From: Podospora anserina
Taxonomy: Eukaryota
Length of the DNA stretch: 64,000 nucleotides
Reading direction: 5' to 3'
NCBI GenBank assembly: GCA_017654855.1
Contig: CM030332.1
Coordinates: 7,688,001-7,752,000, forward strand
Positions 11,701 through 24,166 of this stretch are shown here, piece after piece; the first letter of the stretch is position 1, and the number at the start of each line of letters is the position of its first letter. The translations under genes were made by a program, and so were the position numbers. The notes under the pieces were generated by a model that was not told the DNA's origin, did not search any database, and was given only the letters and a program-made list of their open reading frames with translations.

Positions 11701-14700
11701 TTGCGCTTGAGTACCTGACATGCCATAAGAAGGCCAGGTCGCCGCCGGGTTGCGTACCAGAATGCCCGATAGTTTGTGTCGTTGCCTACCGCGCTTTTGT
11801 TCCATCAATTATTCCTTGCGTCACGCCCCACGAGCAGAGAGACCACAGCGGTCGTTGGAAGATGTCCCAGGAAGCTGGATATCTTAAGTAAGCAACACAC
11901 GACAAGGTGAGACCTGAATTCGGATAACCGGGGCCCACTGTACGACGATAAAGCGGCCCCCCCCCCTCCCATCAATCGATCAACCGGCAACTCACTGGCC
12001 AGCTTGAGTGAGAATCTAGATTCCTGACGGGCTGAGAGAGGCTGCACAATGTAACCCGTCTGTTTCTGAACTTGAACCTGCCGTTTTCCGTGTGACGGGT
12101 TTGCTGAAAGAGGAGGCTGAACTTTATTCTCACGGCCGGCCTTGTGGGACCTGCTGGCGGCGGCGGAGAGTGCCAAATGTCGCGTGCTGACTTGCCCTGA
12201 GAATAAAGACAATCCACATTCAGTGCCATGACACAAGACAATGACGCCCCCAAATCCATTGATTGCAACCCTGTCCGTTTTCTTTTGGTCACTTTGTGTT
12301 CTTGAAGGAGCGATAACAAGTTTCCAACTGCAGCAAATGATGCAATGCCGCCGCAAGATTCCCGCTCTGTTTCTTCTGATCAACATGTAACCCCGACCGA
12401 GATCAGCTTTCGGCAGGTCGTCGGGATGCACTGGGATGTTGTCGGTTGTTGATGAAAGCTGTTCTTGAAGAGACTCGAGAAGAGGACACCACCACCACCA
12501 GCCTTGCCTTGGTGCCCACTAGCCCGGCCGCACAAGGGCAGGGTAAGCGGGGTAGCCTCCCCCCTTTCCCGTTAGGAGTGAGGTTATTCTCGCTGCAGTT
12601 CTGCTGAACAACGGGCACACCACCAGACGATGACGCAAGTCGGCCTTGCAGAGGTCTCAAGTCCTCGGCAGGGATTCGCTCAATTGGGAAAAGGGCATCC
12701 ATCCGTTGCTTTGGTTCTCGAGGTTGGAGTCTCAAAGCTGAAAATGGCTGGCATTTGAAACATGCAAACGTGCTTGCTGGCTGCCCAAAATACGCGTACC
12801 CATTGCTAATCACGCTCAGTGTGTCTGATATCAACTAACGACATGTACAAGGTGAGGCCTTGAGGAGCCACAAGAAAAGGTAAGAAAGAGAAAAAGAGCC
12901 GAGATCATCGATTGCGTTTGTAAACGCAGTTCAGAGACCCCGCCAAGATGACAGTCCCGATGCAGCCATCGCGCTGGCAAAACCGCCACCCTGCTTTCCT
13001 CCGGGTATAGTGCAGTTCGATCTGCGATCAACAACATGGAACGCTCACAACAAAAGCCGACTCGCAGATGATATTGCGGCATATTTAGGAGGAGGGCTTG
13101 GTAATTCCTCGAGTCCTTGGCGCAGTGTATACGATAGGGTAGGTTTCAAAGCCGACTGCTCCGACATGCTCCAAGAGAGGGGGGTTCCTCTAAGAAAAGA
13201 GATGGCACAAAGCGAGAAATCAAGATAGATACTTGGGCCAACAAGTGAAGCTATCCCATCCCGTCTCTCCGTCTGCGATTTCTAGAAAAGCCACGAGAAG
13301 CGGAACAGACGAACAAGGTAACAAATGTGCCCCGCCATCCACCACCACACACCCCTCTCCCCGCAGCAATTCCTCATCCTCGGCCTCTCGGCGCCTGGTG
13401 GGGGTGGAGCCTCCATGCCACCAGCGGAGTCTTTTGTGCCCGGTACGTGCGCAGGTTCCAGCCGCTGATGTCGTGCCTGTTGTCACGGGCAGGGGACTCC
13501 CCTAAGGCCGTTCTGGTGTAAGTTGAGATGATTTGAAAACTTTGAAGAAACGAAACGATTGCAAGAGACAGCCAAGAGATTTGTGTGATGATGTTGAGTA
13601 CGAACAATCAGGGCATGACTTTCTCGACCTCATGGCGGCTCAGAACAGGCTAGGACTCAGCTGCCCAAACGGTTCAGGCCATGTGAGGTTATAAGCCGGC
13701 GGTCAGGAAGATGCTTTGCCGCTCTCTGTCGAGAGCACTTCCTACAACCTGGGCGCTTGGGCGAGGGCACGAGAGAATGACTGCAGCATCACCGGGCTTG
13801 GGCTGGCAACAACGTTGAGGTTTTTGAGGTTTTTGAGGTTTCATGGCATTGCTTCAATGCAACCTTCGTTCCAACAGTGCAGGCCTGTTGCCCGGCAGCC
13901 CATTGGACGCTCACAAGTAGCCCTCACGGCGAGGAGCTTTTCTGGTGTCACTTGCTCACACCCGGCCCCCCCCTCCAACACTTGTTTGATGATTCCACCG
14001 TTCTAATTGCAACACGCAGGCGTGCGGAGTGCATCGGGGGAAGCATATCAGCGAAATCACTGGTGGTGAGGTCTGTGGACCCCCTTTGCGTCTGCAATCT
14101 CAGAGCGGCCGAGGAGGTAGGTACACTGTACAGCCGCCTACGATTCAGGCCGCTTCCCAACTCAGTCAGATACCGCCGCGAGGTTACTCGCTACAACCTC
14201 TCTTCGAGTTGCGGTTGCATTTTGAATATTTTGATTGTGTGAGCAAAGACGTCTTCGGCCGCATTGGATTGAGCTACAGTGTGCCCGTAGCATACCATGT
14301 ACCTAGTGAGCATGAGAGATGAGAGACGGGACACACACAGAGCAACCTGAAAGGTAAGGTTGCGTCTCCGAGTCCGCTCTGGCTGGGGTTGAGGGCTTCC
14401 AGCTCGAAATTATCCAACCTGCGGTTATGTGTTGAGCGGAATGGAGGGGGACCCCGCTGTGGTTAAGCAAAGCACCCCAGTCCCCATGGTCCCCAGCGGG
14501 TTCCATACAGCCACCCTGGACCACCTAAACGAACGTGCGCTAGCGCTAACACTCACCCCCACCACCCCGATCGCCCAAAAACCCTCAAGAGCGACCCCCG
14601 GGATCCTGTTGCCCGCAGCTGTCCATCCGTCCCATACATTACCAAACCGTCTTGTCTTCTTGAGCCAAAAACTCGTTTTTCGAATCTTTTCCCCTTTCGA

Positions 14701-14767
14701 AGCCGACCCATCCCGCGATGTCGTTATAGTTTCTGGCCCACGGGCACATCAACCTTCTTCTCTCTTG

Positions 14768-14780
<13 letters not shown>

Positions 14781-14850
<70 letters not shown>
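14781..14850. repeat. (TC)~35 microsatellite upstream of the kinase
   Basis: Direct observation. Confidence 0.95.
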
Positions 14851-14854
<4 letters not shown>

Positions 14855-15435
14855 CCTGGCCGAACAACACAACACCTTCCCATGCGAATCGACCGCCAAG
14901 AAGCGCGAGAGACCACCGGTATTTAAACGTGTAGATCTCGGCCGTTTTGGAGACTTGGACCACAGCGCCACGCCCTGCTACAAGCTACACAGGGCTACAC
15001 AAATCTCGCCGTGCTCATTGAGACAGGCTTGGCAGGGAACGACCAGACAGACAGAAAAGATTGCTTCGTGGTCGACTTGCGCGGCCCTGCATATATATAC
15101 ACCACGGTTTTGCCGGTGAACCTTCTTGTGAGCGCCTTTGCTCCCGCAAGCGTCCGCCAAAAAAACCGCAGCAGTGAGCCGCCATCGCTGAGTTCCCAGT
15201 TGGCTGATTAATAACGCGAGAAGAAGAAAAAAAAAACAAGAGGGTCCTTTTCCAAGCAGAGGAAAAAGGTGGTGTGTGAGCCCCTACCTGCAGCTCGAAG
15301 CACCCAGAACCAGACAGGCGTCTTTCTGGCCGTTCCAGCAAGAATACCCTTCAGGCATATAGGGTCGATCGGTTACGCCGAGAGTGGTGGTTTGGTGGTC
15401 CCCCAGATAAGCCAGTGGTGTACCTTACACTATAC

Positions 15436-15615
15436 ATGGTTGAAGCTGGATTTCCGGCTCTCTGGCTACTCAGAACCCCTCGTGCCCTGTGCAGCCCGTC
15501 CGTCCACCCCGCTGTGGTTGCGTTCAATCGCACGCTAAGTGGCGGCCAGACAAGCCGGCTGGCTTTTTGCGTGCCGCTCGTCTGCTCCCGTTGCGCTTTT
15601 TATCGCACTACATAA
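15436..15615 (+). promoter_or_regulatory. Putative 59-codon uORF ending 9 nt before the kinase ATG
   Basis: It is the only ATG between the TATA-like run (~15091) and 15625. It lies in the kinase frame and stops at TAA 15613-15615. Confidence 0.4.
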
Positions 15616-15624
15616 TCGGTCACA

Positions 15625-18000
15625 ATGGCGACCATCTCAGCGCTGACTGCTGCGGCTACGCAGACGTCCTCATTAGGTATCTTCACCCTCTTTGATTTAA
15701 GCTACCAACGGCTCCCCCCTTGTTCTGCCACTTCTGCTTCTGCTTCTGCTTCTGCTTCTTCACCTTCCCTTCCTCTCCCTCACCTTAGTCAAGAAAGCCT
15801 TGTCGTCAACCGAACATTCTGCTCAACTTTTCTCTCTCCAGACCCGTCCTCTGTGCGTCCCAATTCCGACAGGTCCAGCTACTCATCATCGCCACGCCAA
15901 TATCCCACCGAGCTTACAGATCCCATTCTGGAAGAGGGTGATGAGACCGACAGCGAGGTCGCCAACGAACCCGTCACTCCCGTGAGTGGCCGTCAGTCTC
16001 AGGATTTTCAAACGCTTGCCACTCACGAAATCCATCCGGACGTGGCCCAGGAACAGGCCGACCAAAGCGTCGCCTCCTTTCCAGCCGTGCGGGCCGGCAC
16101 CACGCCCGGCTCCAAGCCGCCCCTGGTGCTGAATACTGACGGTGATACCCCGCCGAGAGCACCCCCCAAGAGCTCTTCCTCGTCCGTTATTTCCAACACC
16201 CAAACAACACCTCGTGCTGCTGAGCCAGCAACGCCGCCGCCGCCCACCGCCGCCGCCTCCTCGGCCGACCAGGATCCCGCCGCACACCCTCACACCAGGC
16301 GGCCCACTTTCAGCAGCTCGTCTCTTCGTCGCAACATGTCGAGCTTTCTCAAACGTGTCACGCATCCGGACAAGTCTGACGCCGTCAGTGGTGTCGGATA
16401 CTCGGAGCACCCGGTGCACGAGAGCGGACGAAAGGTGCCAGTTCGAAGGTGGTCCATGAACAGGAGTTCGGCTACTACTCGCTCCAACACTCCGCCCTCG
16501 CCGGGATCGCCTGTTGAGATGGCTATCCGGAGCAAGGAGCAGGCGTCGACGCCAACCGTGCCCAGCTCCGACGAGTTTGTCAAAAAGAAGCCACGTGCTT
16601 CGACCAACTTTTTGCGCTCCCGCCCGCATGTTCCGAACAATGCTGAACTGCAACTCAGACGTCGCGCGAGCAGTTTTGATTACACCAATCAGGAGAAGGT
16701 CCTCGTTGCCTCCACGCCACACGGCCCGGTCAACGTTGAGAAGATCGAAAGGCAGATCTGGGAAATGCCCGCGGAAACCGGCACCGGCCTCAAGGCTCGC
16801 CGCATGAGCGTGAGCTTGCCTGATGATTTCGTGGTCGACGTGGTCGAGCTGCAGTCGGAATTTGAGTACGAGAACAAGCTGCTCGGCCGCCATGCAAAGT
16901 CGGTCGGCAAGGGCGGTCACGGCAAGGTCAAGACGATGGCCAGGAAGGGATGCCCCGCCGAACTCGTTGCGGTTAAAGAATTCCGCCGCAAATCGCGCCT
17001 GGAGACGGTGGAGGAGTACGAGAAGAAGATCAAATCCGAGTACACCTTATCCAAGAGTCTGAACCACCCCAACGTGGTCACGACATTTCGACTCTGCATC
17101 GACCACGGCCGTTGGAACCACGTCATGGAGTTTTGCTCGGAAGGAGATCTGTACGGGCTGGTGAAGGAGGGTTACCTCAAGGGCGACGACAAGGAGAAGG
17201 ACCGTTTGTGTCTCTTCAAACAGCTCGTTCGGGGTGTGCACTATCTCCACTCCAACGGCATCGCGCACCGAGACATCAAGCTCGAGAACCTCCTCATCAC
17301 CAGCGACAGCGCTCTCAAGATTGCAGACTTCGGCGTTTCTGAGGTCTTTTGCGGCTCGCACCCCGGACTTAGAGAATCTGGAGGCCAGTGCGGCAAGAAC
17401 ATGGGCGAAATACGTCGCTGCGCGCCCGGCATCTGCGGCAGCATGCCTTACTTGGCACCTGAGGTGCTGAAGAAGGAGGGTGATTATGACCCTCGTGCCG
17501 TGGACGTGTGGAGTTCGGCCGTGGTCATGCTTCATTTGGTTTTTGGTGGTGCCATCTGGCAGAAGGCGCAGGAAGGCGATAACTCCGCCGCCAACAAGAA
17601 TTTCAACGAGCTTGTCCGTGGGTGGACGCAGTGGAACGCATCACACAAGGACGCCGAAAACCCGGCCATCACCGAGATGGACTATCCCAAAGTCAAGGCG
17701 TTCGACTTTGGCGTCAGACCCCCCGCCCTCCGAAGAGTTCTCCTCCAGATGCTCAACCCAAACCCGGACCAGCGCACCTCGATCCACGACGTGGTCAACA
17801 ACCGGTGGGTCAGGAACATCGAATGCTGCCAGAAGGCCGACAACGAAGAGGCCGACCCGGCTACCACCATGATTGACGCATCCAAGAGCGGCTGTCTCAT
17901 TCGTAGCGGGGAGAAGCTTTTCTGCCACAACCACCTCCCCCCGAAGAAGCAGTTCACCTCTCATTCTCTGGGAAAGATGCCCGGTAGTGTTGGGTACTGA
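15625..18000 (+). CDS. HAL/NPR-family (PTK2-like) Ser/Thr protein kinase; possible in-frame intron 15677-15841
   Basis: Kinase motifs GKGGHGKV, VAVKEF, HRDIKLENLL, DFG, GSMPYLAPE and DVWS, after a long S/P/R-rich N-terminus. KKIKSEY and RLCLFKQL are typical of fungal HAL-family kinases. Start context is CACAATGG. Confidence 0.93.
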   Translation: MATISALTAAATQTSSLGIFTLFDLSYQRLPPCSATSASASASASSPSLPLPHLSQESLVVNRTFCSTFLSPDPSSVRPNSDRSSYSSSPRQYPTELTDPILEEGDETDSEVANEPVTPVSGRQSQDFQTLATHEIHPDVAQEQADQSVASFPAVRAGTTPGSKPPLVLNTDGDTPPRAPPKSSSSSVISNTQTTPRAAEPATPPPPTAAASSADQDPAAHPHTRRPTFSSSSLRRNMSSFLKRVTHPDKSDAVSGVGYSEHPVHESGRKVPVRRWSMNRSSATTRSNTPPSPGSPVEMAIRSKEQASTPTVPSSDEFVKKKPRASTNFLRSRPHVPNNAELQLRRRASSFDYTNQEKVLVASTPHGPVNVEKIERQIWEMPAETGTGLKARRMSVSLPDDFVVDVVELQSEFEYENKLLGRHAKSVGKGGHGKVKTMARKGCPAELVAVKEFRRKSRLETVEEYEKKIKSEYTLSKSLNHPNVVTTFRLCIDHGRWNHVMEFCSEGDLYGLVKEGYLKGDDKEKDRLCLFKQLVRGVHYLHSNGIAHRDIKLENLLITSDSALKIADFGVSEVFCGSHPGLRESGGQCGKNMGEIRRCAPGICGSMPYLAPEVLKKEGDYDPRAVDVWSSAVVMLHLVFGGAIWQKAQEGDNSAANKNFNELVRGWTQWNASHKDAENPAITEMDYPKVKAFDFGVRPPALRRVLLQMLNPNPDQRTSIHDVVNNRWVRNIECCQKADNEEADPATTMIDASKSGCLIRSGEKLFCHNHLPPKKQFTSHSLGKMPGSVGY

Positions 18001-19116
18001 GAGATTTGTTTTAGTTATGCATGCTTGGCTTGGCAGGTCGGCGAGGAATTTTCTGCGACACACATGCACTGGCGTTACACACGGATCAGGGGATTTGTGC
18101 ACCACAGCATAGCGGTTGTTTGGGCGGTCCAGTTTTTTTTTTATTTTTTTTTTTACACGATGCTTGGCGTAGGGAGGAGCGAGCAATGGCGGTCTTTGCC
18201 GAGTTGGTTCAACGGCTTTTCAACCACATCGATTCCACACATTCACGCATTCATCCAACCATGACACCCCAATGGTTTCTACTTAATCAATCGACGACCG
18301 TCAGGCGCGGGACGAGGGAAGACAAGGGGAGAGAGGGCTTGGCAAGAAGCACAGTACATATATGTCTGAATGCTGTTATAAAGCCTCGAACGGGAGACAT
18401 TTTGGGAGGCAGGCGATTAGTCTCAAAGTTTCGGGCGGCGGACGAGGGCGGCCGTCTGAACGAGGTAACTTTTCATGACTCGGATGGAGCTCTATTTTTC
18501 CCTCAAAAGGAATACGAGGCCAAGGGAGGTGAATTATCATAACACCACACACACACACACACACCACCCACCTATAGTGCCTCTTTATCTAGAAAGAGTG
18601 CCCCTTCCTGTTTTCAGTTATTCTCTTTTTCTTTTTCCCTCCTGGTTTTCCCGATTAGACAAAAAATAATTCTATACTGTTAAACTATACAACATTTATC
18701 ATCATGGTATCCCCGGTTTTTTTTTTCTCGATCTGGTGAATGTGAGGTTACTGTGTAAACGGTGATGCATGTGCCAAGGGGGACTTGGTCATGGTGGAAC
18801 CGTCGGACAAAAGGCGAATGAAGAAAAGGCGGGGGAGTTATCAAACGTCAGTCCTGACTTGACCAAGGTTGGTATCCCGCCGCCGCTGGTTGTATTACCC
18901 AGCTTTGCTAGAGTGCGTACCCTAAAGCATCAGGTTTTTCTTTTTTATTATTTTTTTTGTTTATTTGTTTATTGATTTATTTATTTATTTATGTATTTTT
19001 TTTTGGTTTTTTTGAAGGGTTGTTTTGTTGGGATGATGGGATGGATGGGGCTGGCGGTATGACCCAAAGTCCGTGACCATTTGATATCACCGACAATGGT
19101 TGAGGAGAGAGTGCGT

Positions 19117-19300
19117 GTATGTGTATGTGTATGTGTGTGTGTATATGTGTATGTGTGTATGTGTATGTGTGTATGTGTGTATGTGTGTATGTGTGTATGT
19201 GTGTATGTGTGTATGTGTGTATGTGTGTATGTGTGTATGTGTGTATGTGTGTATGTGTGTATGTGTGTATGTGTGTATGTGTGCATGTGTGTATGTGTGT
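19117..19300. repeat. Compound (ATGTGTGT)n/(ATGTGT)n satellite
   Basis: About 20 copies of 6-8-bp GT-derived units. Confidence 0.92.
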
Positions 19301-20770
19301 TTGCATGTGAGTTTATTAGATTTTTGGGGGATGCTGGACCCGTTGGGGTGGTGGTTTTGGGGGGAAAACACCACGCTTCGCTCTTCACATGGGAATGGGT
19401 CAGGATTCTCTCGTGACATGACACAGCAGGCACAGCAACAGGACAGGCGGGCACGGCATGAAAAACCGAACCTTACCTTGTGGTTACGAAAGATAGTGGG
19501 AAGCACGACAGCAGGTTTGGTTTGCCGTGGTTGGGATTTGGTGGTTTGGACCCTGGGATAAAAGAAGAAGAAGAAGAAGAAACCAAAAATTGCAAGCACA
19601 TGTCGTGGTTAGCTTTGGGGATCGGCGACCCCGGATTTGGGTGTTCTAGAAGGGGAGTACAAGAGTGATGACACATGCATGCATGGCTTGCTTGTGTGTC
19701 GAGCGGTGGTTTGATAGGGTGTTTTTTTGTTTTTTTCCATCCGCCCGGTCGGGACCTGCCACTTGCCTTTGCCTTTGCCTTTGCCTTTGCTGATATCCAT
19801 GCCCTTTCTTTCTTCTCCTTGGCTTTGGCTTTTGTCACTGCTTCCTTGGTTAAAACAGAGAGGGCGGGCTTATTCATGGCCTGTCACTCAGTCACCGGGC
19901 GGCGGGAGGGGCAGCGATAGTAAAACGTGACGGGGGTTGGCGCTGAGGCCGGTTTATTCCCGAGGCGGGCACGGGCTCCGAAGTGTCGATTTTGGGGATT
20001 TTGGACCGGGAAAAGGCTTTTTTTGTCTTGTCTTTGGGGCGGGATATGGAGGTGGGCTTGTGATGTGATATGTCATGGTTGAAGAAGGGGTGACTCCACC
20101 TTGTTCCCTTGCAACTCGAGATTCCACCGCAACAAATCGGCCAGGTGGATGGCACCTTCTGAGAGCAAGATCCGGGGAAAATGTCTTGGTCTTTTTCTCT
20201 CTCAACGGGGGGGGGGGTGCTTTGCCTTTCCCCAGGGTGTCAGTCAGTCACTTGTCATTCATGTTGTTGTGGGTGAGAGCCCCACTTTCCACCCAACACA
20301 CCCATTCTCACAAGCAGCAGCATCATCGTCATCGCTCGCTTTCGCTCACCCCTCATTTCTCATCCTACTCCCCTTCCTCCTGTTCAGCCATACGAGAAGC
20401 GAGGAAAGCGGTCGTCCAATCCAGTTCTGTCCGGCCAAGTTCGAGGACACAGCGGTCAAAAAGATTCTAGAATGCTACACTGCATGATGGAGCCTGTGCT
20501 CGCCACTGTTGTGTCATAGGATACACGTATCTCGTTTTTGTTTGTCTTCCCCATCATTATCGCGCTCATGTTAGTCCTGAGTGGTGGTCGGCTTCTCGGT
20601 TAAGGGCAGGCAGGAAGGAAAGGAAGCGTTCCCGGGCTTCCTCTTCCCAGTTGTTTAGTGCGAAAAACTGAGGGATTGACCATTTTGGACTGGCTCGTCG
20701 GTGAGCCAAAAGACCCAAGATGCTGCCTTGGTGCGGGGGGAGACGTCCTCGATACGGGGACGGGCTTATC

Positions 20771-20810
20771 TTTCTTCTTCTTCTTCTTCTTCTTCTTCTT
20801 CTTCTTCTTC
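20771..20810. repeat. (TTC)~13 microsatellite
   Basis: Direct observation. Confidence 0.95.
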
Positions 20811-23800
20811 TCCCTCCCCAAGTGGAGAGGGGATGCTATCGGTTAGGTATCTTATCATCTCTCATATTCCTTCCCGTCTTTCGGCGTCAGTTTCTTTCTC
20901 TTTTTGTCCGTCTGCCTCTGGGAAAATCTCGTGGTGGTTGTTCAGCCAAGAGGCCGAGGGATGGGGGATGGCAGTCCCGTTATGCATGCGCGCCGGAGTG
21001 GTTCAGTTCATGCTGATGTGGGAAGGTGTCTTGCTCGATCAACCAATTATCAGCTGTATTCTGATTCTAGGCTAGGCCAGGAAAGCTTTTGATGATGGCC
21101 TCTTCTAGAACATGTCCTCGATCAGGTTGTGTATAGTTACACACCATCTTTCCTGCCTGCACCAGTGATAAGAATCTCAAGATTATCATGTTTTCCCTGG
21201 TCCTAGTCTACCCGAAGAAGCACACTGCAGACGATGCAGACACGGCTGATAATTGTGTTTCTTGAACAGACGAAAATTCTGCAATCAACTTTGCATGTCA
21301 GTGTGCGTTGCAACAGGAATGGGCTTTGGGGCCTAGGCCGGCCTGTGTAGGTTTTCGATCCCCACGCAACGCATGCTATGCTGGCTTTCTTCAACTGGTC
21401 AAGTATTAGGTACTTTCTGCCTGTCAAAGTCAAAATGTCTCAAGCCGATGTTCTAGATACAACCAACAACATGGTTTCATGCAGCCAGGAACCAAAACAC
21501 CTCAGCTGTCTAATCTCACGAGGTTGGTAAAGCTGAGAAGTGAAGGCATCACGAACTTTCCGCTCCCGCTCCCATCACCACCAACCATATATGCACACAT
21601 ACACATGCAAAGCCAGGAAGTAGTTCCAAGCAAATTAGCTAACCAGCACGTTGTCCCGCTTGGCACTTGGCCGTCGATTCTTGGATATTGTGGCTTGCTG
21701 GCTTGCTGTAGTTCGTCCTGCGGATTATCGTGAAGGGTGGGCAGTGCTCCAATGAGCGGTGCAACCGGTCGGGCCCGACAGACGACGGCCTACCATCGAG
21801 TCCGACCGAGCATGGGAGAGTGAGAGTGACCGCCACAGAGCGCATGTCACGCACCCTCTTCATCTAGATAGATGAAGACGGCGATGCAGTCCAACACGTG
21901 AGATGCAAATAACCCTAGAGAGAAACCCTCAGAATACTTCGACCCTCAGAGGAGAAGGACTATGACGGGTCAATTCGGGTTGTGTGTAATGGGGGCTCCA
22001 TGTGAAGTGGACATCAGGGAATGAGTAGGGGTTGCCAGTGGTTACCACCCACGCTGCGGACAAGGTGACTGGCACTGCAAACGTGTTTAACTCTGAAGGT
22101 ACCATGGTGAGACTTTGTCCAATGGGAAATGAGGCCTGTTCTCAAGATCCCCAATCATGAAGAAGTGGGTGTTCCGCATTTCCACTGATGGATGGTCTGG
22201 TCGACTACCCCTGAAACGCCCCTTAAAATCCCAAACAAAACAGAGTGCATTGAGCATCAGCATGGCAACAACAGTATCGGAGAGGGAACATATTTTAGCT
22301 GAAATACATAACCACGTTAGTAAATACTCATCCACGGAAACTTTGACATGGCTGTTCAAATCGAATGAACGATAACTGCGATGGCTTGAAGGGTTGGAGT
22401 AACACAGCTCAGATTTTTTTCCGGGATACCCTCTGTGCCCTCATCATGAAAGCCCAAGCAACCCAATAATAAAAATTCAGGGGATGAACCTTTATGGGTA
22501 GCCGGCTTCCAATTTGTGTGGTCATGGCAACCAACAACCCCAGTGCTCTCACGACCAGTCCACGCACTTCTTCTCTTTGGAATACCCCAACTTCGGCGTT
22601 TCCAGTTCCAGTGCTGAAACTGCCTGCCCGGAACCCCCGGTTGGCTCCAAGCCAAAGGCAAGAGCGAATAAAGATAGCTACACTCTTGATGGCCATGTCT
22701 AGCTACACCTGTAACCACCGTGTCACAAAGCTTCCTTCCATCTATCATCCAAACTCCTCCATCATCAACCAGCTCTTCAACCCTCTCCCATCACCCCCTC
22801 CAGACCTGTTTCCCCTTTACCCAATGAGGCCGTTTCTCTTACACTTGGACAACTTTACTCAAGTAACACTCTAGACAACACATAGTTTAAAATACTGACC
22901 CTGTTGGCCATCACACTCCTCGTCTTGACACGCATCTCCTACATTCACTACCAACAAGACCCACTCCCCTGATATTCTCGACAGCAAGGTGCTCGAGACA
23001 TCGAGGTGTGCGAGACATCAAGTGATGATCTCGACTTGACTCTGCATCATCCCGAAACGGTACACACCCTCCCTCTTGATGCCCCTTCTGCCCAAACCAC
23101 CACTCCTCGATCCCCTCCTAGTACCCTCAACAACAAAGCCGTCCCTCACACGATCCCCCCTCGCCGACACTGTACACTCCCCCCCCTTCGTTGCACAGTG
23201 CCTTTCCCTCCAAAATGTCCGACAACAACAACCCTCCCGACCCTGAACTTTGCCAAGCCGAAGAAGGATGAGGCGGCTATCAGAATCGTCGAGGAGGCAG
23301 AACGAGATGCTCGGCGTCGGGCGAAAGAAAGGAAAAAAAGGCAGCCGAGTGGTTGCAAGAAGCTGGTGGCAAGAAGCCCGACAGAAAATGGGCCTGAGGT
23401 CTACATACTAACCTAGCAAGCCCTCCGCAGTGGCTTGCTAAACTGGATCTTCTGGCATCCTACTTTAGTTTGTTTTGGAGGACTTGTGCTGTATTCAGCT
23501 TTTGCCCTTTGGAGACCTGTGACGCAAGTTGGAGTGCAGCATAGCCGGCCAGAAAGAAAATCAGTCAACAGGGACCATTTGATTCAGTTATTTTTTGACT
23601 TTGTATTCAGCTGCCTTGGCATCAATGTGTTGTGGGAGCCTGGTCTATTCTTTTGCTCATAAATCTTCTTTTAACCCCTTAGCCGTGTCGCTTTTCACTC
23701 CTGAATCTGTTCGCTGGAAGGGGAATTGTGTTGTTGTTGTTGGGGAAGGGGAATAAGAATGGGGAAATGGGTGAAGAGAGAAGGGGTGCTGGGGTAAGTG

Positions 23801-24166
23801 ACGATAAAAATAACAACAATGCTCCTATCAACAGAAGCCAACCGAAGCCTCACCCCTATAAAACGTCTATCCCCAAGGCGCCTTATAATAAATGCCTCTG
23901 CTATACGCAACGCAGTACAGCGTGTTTCACCCTGTTGAACTGCGAGCCCATATACGCTAGATCGCCGGCCCGAGCATCCATACCGCCGCGACACAAGATC
24001 GCAACGATCATTTATCGGGCGGTGAAGCTGCCTATAGCTTTCGTCACCTTCTGCAGCCCCTGGCAGTGATGGAGCTGGAAAGTGTGTCCCGATAATCCTT
24101 GACCACTCAGCAAACAACTCGTCGGAAAATGCGGTCCCGAAGTGGCGGCAGTACAGAGGGTGGTTC

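Noticed and set aside
15886-17957. Long antisense ORFs over the kinase (and similarly over NMD5, rfeG, ash1 and the 60-62 kb gene)
   Set aside because: Shadow frames produced by codon bias of the real gene.
18981-19599. His/Thr- and Cys/Val-repeat ORFs
   Set aside because: Translations of the (ATGTGTGT)n satellite.
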